Virus record (IMG/VR): IMGVR_UViG_3300035698_029469
DNA length: 20,000 nt
DNA from: an uncultured virus (IMG/VR IMGVR_UViG_3300035698_029469)
Lineage: Duplodnaviria > Heunggongvirae > Uroviricota > Caudoviricetes
Direction: 5' to 3' (one strand)
In this document: positions 6,453 through 13,604 of the stretch, piece by piece
How positions within the stretch are numbered: the stretch's first letter is position 1
How the letters are laid out: each line of letters begins with the position of its first letter
The notes under the pieces: generated by a model
The model's database searches: none
Seen by the model: the letters and a program-made list of their open reading frames with translations, nothing else
Told to the model about the DNA's origin: nothing
Program-made: the position numbers and the translations under genes

Positions 6453-6613
6453 TGGTGGCAACCGGTGGATTCGAACCACCGTTGATTGGATATCTCCTTA
6501 CTCTGTTTATTCGCGCGCGCCACATAAGCTGAGGGGATCATGAGTCCAACGTCTCAGAGGGCTTCTTACCCGGTTACCCGAGCGGTATGCCAACCTGGCT
6601 AGACTAGATTGCC
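6453..6613 (-). tRNA. tRNA(CAT), elongator Met or Ile2, with two introns (37/38 at 6492-6538; D-loop at about 6556-6591)
   Basis: Removing the 47-nt and 36-nt inserts gives GGCAATC-TA-GTCT-AGCCAGGTTG-AGAC-G-TTGGA-CTCATGA-TCCAA-TCAAC-GGTGG-TTCGAAT-CCACC-GGTTGCC-A-CCA (78 nt). Confidence 0.85.
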
Positions 6614-6620
6614 TTTAATT

Positions 6621-6697
6621 TGGTGTCAGCGAGTGGAGTTTAACCACTGCAGCCCGGGCAGACTGTACGCCTTGCTTTTGCACTCAGCCACACTGAC
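6621..6697 (-). ncRNA. tRNA-like RNA C (77 nt) with an enlarged D loop, a shifted anticodon arm and essentially no variable loop
   Basis: Acceptor GTCAGTG/CGCTGAC plus ACCA; T arm AGTGG-TTAAACT-CCACT; hairpin CAGTC-TGCCCG-GGCTG. Confidence 0.7.
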
Positions 6698-6706
6698 AAC
6701 AGTTAA

Positions 6707-6790
6707 CGTCTGTTCCCGCCTCACGGCAAGACGAGACGGATTACCCTTTTTTAATCTCCAACGGTAATCTGGAGAAGCCGCTTTCGGGGC
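6707..6790 (-). ncRNA. structured RNA: GAAA hairpin, H-type pseudoknot and GUGA-capped hairpin
   Basis: TCTCCA/TGGAGA stem whose loop GATTACC is complementary to downstream GGTAATC across TTAAAAAAG; CGTCT/AGACG and CTTGCC-GTGA-GGCGGG. GNRA loops and G-U pairs fit only the minus strand. Confidence 0.65.
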
Positions 6791-6811
6791 GCGCACCATA
6801 CCCTGTTTTCC

Positions 6812-6837
6812 CTTTAAAACGTCTATTTTTAAAGCTT
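6812..6837 (-). promoter_or_regulatory. candidate TATA-box promoter of the RNA operon
   Basis: AAGCTTTAAAAA (6837-6826) and TTTTAAAG (6819-6812) lie about 20-40 nt upstream of the structured RNA. Confidence 0.45.
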
Positions 6838-6893
6838 AGAGTGGTAATGCCTTTAAGTAGATCCTTCTATCTCTTATCTGTGCGGCCGGGTAT

Positions 6894-8729
6894 TTAATAA
6901 TCCCAAGTAGTTGCAACCGCAAAGCCCGAAAAATCATCATAATCATCATTTGTGAAATTTATAACTTTGGGTTCTTGTTGTGCTCTACCGCCGGGTGAGT
7001 TGCCCTGTCTATAAGCTATAGCGGCAACCGGTTCATGTCCCGGGCTATCGTCCCGCATTTGTCTTAATGCCCAAGCTCCCATAGCCAGGGTAATAACCCG
7101 ATCATCACGGCCGTTTTTGGGATATTTAATATTGCCGCTTTCCGTGAATTCTTGTCGGAATTCGCGCAGCTCGTTTTCGAGGGAATAGAGTTCATGATCT
7201 ATAGTTCCTTTAGTCTTTCGATGTTCGGGATTATAATAGGGAATTCGGATTTCGTTATTCTCGAAGAGGTGCTTGAGATTAGAAATAACCAGCGGTTTAT
7301 TTTGAGCTGTAAAGTTTAGGCCAAGATCGCCTTTGGTGCGCCAAAAATGCGGAGGTTCATATCCAAACATTTGATCGCAGGCTTTTTTAAGGCCTTTCAC
7401 AAATATTCGGCCGACATTTTTACCGTCAAATACTACGGCCGTCGGACGGAAAGCTTCAATTAATCTTAAAGCTTGGGGTAACAATACTTCTTCGTAGTCA
7501 GCATGTAGATAACTTTCCTGCCAAACAAGCGAAGTGCATTCTCTTACGATCATTGTCCCATCTTTATCGCTGTTTACGATTGTCGGGCGTTTTGTTATAA
7601 ATGAAAATACCGTTCGATCGTGGGCTTGACCAAGGTCCCCGGCAAATACAAGAGGATATTTTCCTTTTGGTTCGGGGTCTAAAAATGGATAGCCGGCCGA
7701 TTTAGTCTCGGCTTCTTTTGTAAAATGCGAGACCGAATCCAATAATTGATCTGCAATAAAAACTCCGCCTTTTGCCGGCTCTTGAATTAAATCTTTACCG
7801 TAGAGGCCGGCAATTGCTCTAACAGAATCGGTTTCGATAAATGGATTAACAATGGGGACCCAACCGTTTACATCGCGGGCACGGAGAATATATTCGTTCT
7901 TAAATACGCTATCGGCATCGGAAACAAATTCTCCTTGAAGTTCTTCTTTAATCGAACGCGGACTGATTCTGTGATCTTCCATTTTTTGAAGAAATAATTC
8001 TGTATTCATCCACGGTACTGCCCATTTACATTGATTTTCGATTAAATTACCGTGGTTATCGAAGAAGAGATCATCTTTAATATTATATTTTTTATAGTAA
8101 TTTTCGTTGGTTTCGCTTATCCATTGCTCATAAAACCAGCCGCTCATTCCGAACGGTGTAGAACCTGCAATAACACGGGAAAAATCAAAATTAGGTCTTA
8201 TTGTTGGTAAAACGGGACCAACAATGAATTCCGTGGGTAATTGTGCAACTTCATCTATAAAACCAATTTCAAAACTCCGGCCACGGCAAGCGTCGCTTAC
8301 AGGAAAAGCCCAAATGTCAGAACGATTTTTAAGTTTAAAATGATCTTTGGCAATATTTTTTGGAACTAAAGTATGAAAATCGCTGTTCCTGATAAATTGT
8401 TCAATTATTCCGACTGATCTTGTTGCTTCATTATAACCCACCGAAAAATAGCCGATTAAAATACCTGGCCGTGTGATCATAAGAGCCGCTGCTATCACGT
8501 GCATAAGTGTAGATTTAGCATAACCTCTGGGAGCTTTTAAAAGTAATGTTCTTTTGCCTTCATAGACACCATCTTCAGGAGAACCGTATTGAAAGAGCCG
8601 ACAAGCTTCTTTTTGCCATTCGAGAAGTCTAAATGGCCGAAGTCCTTTTTCTTCTTTAAAGAAAGTTTCAATGAAGGTTACGAGATCCCGCATTAGATGA
8701 AGGTCTGCCATGCTAACGTTTATTCTCAT
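6894..8729 (-). CDS. terL: terminase large subunit
   Basis: Adenine-binding WQ, Walker A APRGYAKST, Walker B GFIDEVA, coupling motif GSTP, RNase H-like AGDLG..DRT and DDRVITLAM. Confidence 0.95.
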   Translation of the reverse strand: MRINVSMADLHLMRDLVTFIETFFKEEKGLRPFRLLEWQKEACRLFQYGSPEDGVYEGKRTLLLKAPRGYAKSTLMHVIAAALMITRPGILIGYFSVGYNEATRSVGIIEQFIRNSDFHTLVPKNIAKDHFKLKNRSDIWAFPVSDACRGRSFEIGFIDEVAQLPTEFIVGPVLPTIRPNFDFSRVIAGSTPFGMSGWFYEQWISETNENYYKKYNIKDDLFFDNHGNLIENQCKWAVPWMNTELFLQKMEDHRISPRSIKEELQGEFVSDADSVFKNEYILRARDVNGWVPIVNPFIETDSVRAIAGLYGKDLIQEPAKGGVFIADQLLDSVSHFTKEAETKSAGYPFLDPEPKGKYPLVFAGDLGQAHDRTVFSFITKRPTIVNSDKDGTMIVRECTSLVWQESYLHADYEEVLLPQALRLIEAFRPTAVVFDGKNVGRIFVKGLKKACDQMFGYEPPHFWRTKGDLGLNFTAQNKPLVISNLKHLFENNEIRIPYYNPEHRKTKGTIDHELYSLENELREFRQEFTESGNIKYPKNGRDDRVITLAMGAWALRQMRDDSPGHEPVAAIAYRQGNSPGGRAQQEPKVINFTNDDYDDFSGFAVATTWDY

Positions 8730-8733
8730 TTAA

Positions 8734-9069
8734 TCAATCTTCCAGTTCTTCGCCGATAATAACACAGCCTGCACACCCGTGAGTATCCCAAATTTTCATG
8801 TTAAATTCTCGATTATTTCCGCCTTTAAATCTACAATGTTCTCCAGTGTAAGCACAACCTAAACAACGCTCAGTTTGTCCGTTTTCGCCGTTCCGTTCCT
8901 TCATTTGTTCACCGACATTGTAGTGTTCCTTTCCCCAATCTTCATCAACCGTATTGCACAGATGGCAATAGCCGGCAAACATCCGCTTGCCTTCGTCAAA
9001 ACAATCGCAATTTGGACACATACAATCACCACAAGCTTTACACCATTGTTTTCCGCATTCTATATCCAT
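8734..9069 (-). CDS. Cys-rich putative Zn-binding protein, paralog 2
   Basis: MDIECGKQWCKACGDCMCPNC...YCHLC...CLGC...C...CAGC. Confidence 0.8.
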   Translation of the reverse strand: MDIECGKQWCKACGDCMCPNCDCFDEGKRMFAGYCHLCNTVDEDWGKEHYNVGEQMKERNGENGQTERCLGCAYTGEHCRFKGGNNREFNMKIWDTHGCAGCVIIGEELED

Positions 9070-9072
9070 CAA

Positions 9073-9249
9073 TTATGACTCCCATCGATTCTTAGTTCCA
9101 TCTAAGTAACCAGGATATTCTAATTCCATTTCTTGGCAAAAGTCACAATAATGATGTGAATTTGATGATTTTACTCGAATCCAATTACATTCTTTACATA
9201 TACAATCACCACAACCCCAACAGAATAGTTTTCCGCATTCTATATCCAT
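9073..9249 (-). CDS. 58-aa Cys-rich putative Zn-binding protein, paralog 1, not in the ORF track
   Basis: AGGAG SD; MDIECGKLFCWGCGDCICKECNWIRVKSSNSHHYCDFCQEMELEYPGYLDGTKNRWES*; DNA repeat 9021-9069 vs 9201-9249. Confidence 0.8.
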   Translation of the reverse strand: MDIECGKLFCWGCGDCICKECNWIRVKSSNSHHYCDFCQEMELEYPGYLDGTKNRWES

Positions 9250-9347
9250 TTTTAATTGATCTCCTGAATTATATAGTAAAAATGGTAAATATAAATTTAT
9301 TTGGATTTTGGAAAGATTTTAAATATTCGGGCGCGTAGATTTAAAGT
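9250..9347. promoter_or_regulatory. divergent archaeal-type promoter region
   Basis: + strand GAAAGAT-TTTAAATA (9311-9325) about 30 nt before ATG 9348 with no SD, consistent with a leaderless transcript; - strand AAATAAA-TTTATATT (9302-9288) about 30 nt before the SD of 9249. Confidence 0.6.
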
Positions 9348-9620
9348 ATGAGTGACGAATTAACGCTCGTCGAGGCTATTGTATTTTCGGATGGTGTCGG
9401 CGATAAAACATTAACAGTCAGAGAAATTGTCAAACGTATGTTAAAAACGGATGATGGATATTGGTATTTGAATCGTTTAACCGGTATAAATGGACGAATG
9501 AATGGTGTGCGCAGAATTTTAAATAGTTTGGTAACTAAGGGTTTTGTAAAAAGGGTAAACCTTCGTTATGTTAGCGGCGGGAATATTCCCAGAATCGGGT
9601 ATCGGATATGGAGTGATTAA
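9348..9620 (+). CDS. winged helix-turn-helix DNA-binding protein
   Basis: LTVREIVKRM...VRRILNSLVTKGFVKRV followed by a beta-wing ending GYRI. Confidence 0.75.
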   Translation: MSDELTLVEAIVFSDGVGDKTLTVREIVKRMLKTDDGYWYLNRLTGINGRMNGVRRILNSLVTKGFVKRVNLRYVSGGNIPRIGYRIWSD

Positions 9621-9621
9621 A

Positions 9622-10416
9622 ATGCCGTTTGAAAAATATCCGTCTCGGCCGAAGTTTACAGTGGAAGAGGCCGAAGAATTTTTAAGCAAACGTAACGAAT
9701 TCATCTACGGCGATCTTAGCGGAAAGCCCAACACAATATTTATTGGCGCTGGGCCAAAATGGCGTAAACGACCACCTTGTAAGAGTTGTAACCCTCTTTT
9801 TTTCGGCAGAATTCGGGAACTGGGCGATATGGATTTAGATTCTAAAAAAATACGAAAACAGTTACAATCGGATTTACCCGAAATATTAAAACGATTTCCG
9901 GAAGAAAGTGGAATTACTATCCCAACACCGCAGAGTATTGGCCGGCATATGCGGGATCATGGTTATGATGAACCGGTTCCCGAGGTTAAATCGGCTACTA
10001 TTGCTCGAAAAGTGTGTAATGCGGCCTTGTCGCCTTCAATAGAAACTACCGATGCGGAAACAGAAGGCGAGGACGTATCAATTGATGGTTTGAATTCTGT
10101 TCAAGAGTTATTTAAGACGGCGCAGGCTTTATGCGAACGGGAAGAATATATATTGACCCGGCATTTTGAAGAGGAACTAACACAGGATGATATAAGGGTA
10201 ATTTCGGAGAAACGCCAGGCTATCAAGGCCTACGAGCTTGGAAGAGTAGAATACCAGGATAACGAGAAACAGAAGCAAGTTGCGGTTTTAAATGCTATTG
10301 CAGTTAATATGCAAAAAATGGAATATGAGATGGAAGAAGGAAGCCGGGTAAGACAGCTAAATGAAGCAATTCTTAAATTGGTTGAAATGGAAGAAGAAAG
10401 CGAAAATAATAATTAG
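9622..10416 (+). CDS. putative terminase small subunit / Zn-binding HTH-like protein (start reassigned to ATG 9622)
   Basis: GGAGTGA SD; CKSC...SIGRHMRDH followed by an acidic helical C-terminus; lies directly before the portal. The function is inferred from position. Confidence 0.5.
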   Translation: MPFEKYPSRPKFTVEEAEEFLSKRNEFIYGDLSGKPNTIFIGAGPKWRKRPPCKSCNPLFFGRIRELGDMDLDSKKIRKQLQSDLPEILKRFPEESGITIPTPQSIGRHMRDHGYDEPVPEVKSATIARKVCNAALSPSIETTDAETEGEDVSIDGLNSVQELFKTAQALCEREEYILTRHFEEELTQDDIRVISEKRQAIKAYELGRVEYQDNEKQKQVAVLNAIAVNMQKMEYEMEEGSRVRQLNEAILKLVEMEEESENNN

Positions 10417-10472
10417 TAAACATTTAAATTTATTATAAAAACTAAATTAGTTAGATTACTGGAGATTACATC

Positions 10473-12188
10473 ATGGACGATATAACATTAAATAATACTT
10501 CTGAAATTACAGAGCAAGCTTCAAATGGTTCTATTGATCTCATGGAATTTTTATGTTGTTCCTACGTGAATCAAAACGAAGGAGCGGGAAATTTCGCTCC
10601 GTCGGGAAGTCCGCCGGCACTTTTCGCTGAGGACGTAAACTCTTATTTTGACGGAAATCTTACGGTGCCCAAGCTTGATGAATTGCGCTATTGGATGACG
10701 CCGGCAACCGCCACGAATAACTGGTTTCTATTTTCAAAGGAATCAACTTGCCGAAACATCGCAGAAACGATTATCTCTATGGTTAAGGGATCCGGGGCTA
10801 ATGTTACTGTTTACAACGATGATGGAATTGATGATGAACTAACTGAAGTAGCTACAAATTGGTATAGGAATATTGCCGGTGTTGGACAGTCTTTTAATAA
10901 TTATGTGCTTAAATGGTTTATTATGGATAATTTAATATTCGGGCAATCTCTTATGTATAAATTCCGACCCGATAAAACAAGCCCGCAGTATGATAAAGAT
11001 GATCTTTATCTCAGAAAGTTAGATCCGAGAGAAACTGTTCGACACGTTCACGACCGCCAAGGTTGGGAGAAATATATCCAATATCCACGAGTTCAGGCGG
11101 GATTTGGCATTTATATAAAACCCCGGCGTAGTAATAAAGCACAGCCGAAATATACCTGGCTTGATCCCCCAACAACTTACGGGGAGTTTATGAAGTGGGT
11201 CCCCGGGTTTTCGACTCTTTATGATGTTTATTCGCACGGGGCACGAGTTCGGGATAAACCGCTTATTATTGAAGGTAAAAAGGTTATCAGATCCAATTTT
11301 TGGGTATGGGCGCCTTTTAACTCTGTAATTGACTACGTGGTAACCAAACTACGTTGTATTTTTTATATTCAGAAAGTTGTGGAAAAACATGCATTCCCTT
11401 TACCACTTATAAAGGTCCCCAGAAATGCACGATGGGATAGCAATCCCGCTAAATATATAAAAAAGGTTAAAAATGCGGCCCGCATGGGAGCACAAATGAA
11501 AACCGGCGATGGATTAGCTGTTCAAGGCCCGCAACATAATGAAGAGGGAAAAGTCATAGATCCTGGCTGGGAAGTAGAAATACTTGACACGAAGTCAGCG
11601 ATCATAGATTTTGAAAAAATAATTACTATTTTGAACAACGGAATAGCACACGGGTTGATGATGAATCCTTCGGTAATAGACTCCGATTCTAGCCAGGGAA
11701 AAATGGCCACGGGCTATATGGGCTGGCAATCAATGGTTGTAGTTATTGAGAGTATCCGAAGTGCGATTCAGGATGTAATGATTCCGGTTACACAGGAATA
11801 CATTAAGTTTAAGACCGGAAGGACTGTAGAAGAAAAGAATGTTCAACTTAGATGGCAACGAATAAGCGAGAACGATTCGGCAATAATCGGAAGCCAAATT
11901 GTGCAATTTTTACAGGCGGGTATTATAGATATAGAAGAAGCCCGGGAACAGGCAAATATTATCGGTTGGAATTTAGAAGGAAAGTCTATTGAAGATATTA
12001 TGGACTTTTATAAAGAATATATGGAGATAATACAGCCGCCGGGTAAATCGGAAGGTTCTGTAGATTCGGATCCTGGTAATACCGGCGATAGAAGTGGCGG
12101 ATACCAAAATAATCCGCAGGACCGGGTTAAAAACGTTAATGTGACCAGAAAAGGCGGTGGCGGTGGAACTGGAAGGGAGGGTACTTAA
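10473..12188 (+). CDS. portal protein
   Basis: 571 aa; DNLIFGQSLMYK...LRKLDP, KHAFPLPLIKV, IAHGLMMNP and GIIDIEEARE are portal-like segments; disordered tail; upstream of head genes. Confidence 0.85.
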   Translation: MDDITLNNTSEITEQASNGSIDLMEFLCCSYVNQNEGAGNFAPSGSPPALFAEDVNSYFDGNLTVPKLDELRYWMTPATATNNWFLFSKESTCRNIAETIISMVKGSGANVTVYNDDGIDDELTEVATNWYRNIAGVGQSFNNYVLKWFIMDNLIFGQSLMYKFRPDKTSPQYDKDDLYLRKLDPRETVRHVHDRQGWEKYIQYPRVQAGFGIYIKPRRSNKAQPKYTWLDPPTTYGEFMKWVPGFSTLYDVYSHGARVRDKPLIIEGKKVIRSNFWVWAPFNSVIDYVVTKLRCIFYIQKVVEKHAFPLPLIKVPRNARWDSNPAKYIKKVKNAARMGAQMKTGDGLAVQGPQHNEEGKVIDPGWEVEILDTKSAIIDFEKIITILNNGIAHGLMMNPSVIDSDSSQGKMATGYMGWQSMVVVIESIRSAIQDVMIPVTQEYIKFKTGRTVEEKNVQLRWQRISENDSAIIGSQIVQFLQAGIIDIEEAREQANIIGWNLEGKSIEDIMDFYKEYMEIIQPPGKSEGSVDSDPGNTGDRSGGYQNNPQDRVKNVNVTRKGGGGGTGREGT

Positions 12189-12190
12189 AT

Positions 12191-12361
12191 ATGGATAAAT
12201 TTAGTGATTGGGAAATGAAACGTATTTATATTTCACCAATAGGTTCTGATGGAAAGGGTGATTCGTTTTCTAATGGAGTTAAAAATTTAAAGGAAGCATT
12301 TAATAATTCAAATGAAAAGACAATAATAATGATTCCGCCACATCCATCACAGAGGTTATAA
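12191..12361 (+). CDS. 56-aa ORF resembling the N-cap of the beta-helix modules (possible gene fragment)
   Basis: GGAGGG SD; RIYISPIGSDGKGDSFSNGVKNLKEAF...TIIMIPP. Confidence 0.5.
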   Translation: MDKFSDWEMKRIYISPIGSDGKGDSFSNGVKNLKEAFNNSNEKTIIMIPPHPSQRL

Positions 12362-12363
12362 AT

Positions 12364-12522
12364 ATGATGTACGTGGAACAATTTAACGAACAACGCGATA
12401 CAATTGATGAAATTTTAATTTTACCTAATAACGAATATGAAATTATATCTAGTTATTTACCTATAAATCATTATCAAATTATGTTGGCTAAGGAATATGA
12501 TAGACAAAAGGACGAGAAGTAA
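12364..12522 (+). CDS. hypothetical 52-aa protein
   Basis: GAGGT SD; tiles between neighbouring genes. Confidence 0.5.
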   Translation: MMYVEQFNEQRDTIDEILILPNNEYEIISSYLPINHYQIMLAKEYDRQKDEK

Positions 12523-12523
12523 A

Positions 12524-12706
12524 ATGTTAAATATAGAAATATCAAGTGGAAATAAAACTCCAACTTTTTGGCAATATATTTATTATCCAGATCCTAATGG
12601 ACCAAAAACATATAATTGGGCTAATATTCCAAAAACTTTAAAAGAATTTACTATTCTTATGGAGAAATATAAATGGGGCAACGATATTATACGACAACGT
12701 CAATAG
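12524..12706 (+). CDS. hypothetical protein (start 12524 or 12497)
   Basis: In the ORF track; ATG directly follows the previous stop. Confidence 0.55.
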   Translation: MLNIEISSGNKTPTFWQYIYYPDPNGPKTYNWANIPKTLKEFTILMEKYKWGNDIIRQRQ

Positions 12707-12840
12707 AGCAAGACGTATTAGAATCAATTACATCGACCAAACGATATGAACTAGAACATAGAATTCTAGAATTAGAAGCTGAACTTAAGAAAGCAAGGCA
12801 AATGTTACAACAATTAAAAACAGCGGAGAGAGCTAAATGA
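12673..12840 (+). CDS. 55-aa coiled-coil protein
   Basis: GGAG SD; ELEHRILELEAELKKARQMLQQLK heptads; ATGA overlap with the next gene. Confidence 0.55.
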   Translation: MGQRYYTTTSIEQDVLESITSTKRYELEHRILELEAELKKARQMLQQLKTAERAK

Positions 12841-13028
12841 AATGCGATCTATGTGAAAATGAACTTATTTTATCGGTTCTTGTTGATTGTCCTAAGTTGC
12901 CGGAAGATCGTACTTGTGTTTGTCTATGCGAAGAATGTGGGGGAAAATATGCTAATACTCCAAGCATTCTTAGTAATATGATAAAAATAAGAATAGGTAT
13001 TAATGAAAATCGGGTGCTTTTAATATGA
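12837..13028 (+). CDS. small zinc-ribbon protein
   Basis: CDLC and CEEC pairs; GGAG SD. Confidence 0.65.
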   Translation: MKCDLCENELILSVLVDCPKLPEDRTCVCLCEECGGKYANTPSILSNMIKIRIGINENRVLLI

Positions 13029-13136
13029 GACGGCCAAAACGTGGGAGTTTTCAATCATTTCCTGATTATCTTTATTCGGAAAATGAAACACAAACCGAAT
13101 TATTTAGTTTAATTAATGAAAGGGATATGACAGAAT

Positions 13137-13604
13137 ATGAGCGTTACAATCAGAGACAACGACAATCTAAGCGAGTTAATAAACGATCTTGAAAAAAATG
13201 TCGAAAGAATTCGGGAAGAAATAGCTGATATAATTCATGTAAAAGTTGCCGGGCGTTTTTTAAAAGGGGAAATTGGAGGCCCTGCTTTATCGGTTATAAC
13301 TTTGGCGGGAAAAGTGCCGGAAATAAGACCGCTCATAGAAACTCATCAAATGATGGATGCCGTGAATATTTGGGAAACGAGTTCTGACACCTCACATATT
13401 GGGATTCAGGCCGGCGGAATAGGAAGAGTTGGAAGGGGTTTTAATAATGTAACAAATGAAGTTTTGGGTTGGGTTCATGAGGAAGGAACTGCGAGAATTC
13501 CGGCGAGACCTTGGCTTGGTCCGGCGGTGGACGAGAATTTAAATGAAATTTTGAATGAATTAGAAGAGAAAATATATGATATGATTGGGGATTATGAAGT
13601 ATGA
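13137..13604 (+). CDS. HK97 gp10-like / virion morphogenesis (tail completion) protein
   Basis: PLIET..M...V and HEEGTARIPARPWLGPA signature. Confidence 0.8.
   Translation: MSVTIRDNDNLSELINDLEKNVERIREEIADIIHVKVAGRFLKGEIGGPALSVITLAGKVPEIRPLIETHQMMDAVNIWETSSDTSHIGIQAGGIGRVGRGFNNVTNEVLGWVHEEGTARIPARPWLGPAVDENLNEILNELEEKIYDMIGDYEV

Noticed and set aside
6453..6613. Initiator tRNA-Met
   Set aside because: It lacks the three consecutive G-C pairs in the anticodon stem and the A1-U72 pair; elongator Met vs Ile2 cannot be decided by eye.
5783..6697. tRNAs as a host integration site (att) marking a provirus boundary
   Set aside because: Virus-like genes lie on both sides, and there is no integrase or duplicated tRNA 3' end in the window.
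6707..6790. Pistol or HDV-like (theta) ribozyme
   Set aside because: P1 plus the UUAAA linker resembles pistol, but the P2 strand between linker and pseudoknot is missing. I could not build the nested HDV double pseudoknot, and the element lies 5' rather than 3' of a tRNA. Left unassigned.
6894..8729. Intein or intron in terL
   Set aside because: The ATPase and nuclease motifs are in one frame, with no C/S...HN splice motifs or LAGLIDADG blocks. The extra length is an inter-domain linker and a disordered tail.
8875..9338. + strand ORFs 8875..9078 and 9156..9338
   Set aside because: They are antisense to the two Cys-rich paralogs and cross the divergent promoter; no SD.
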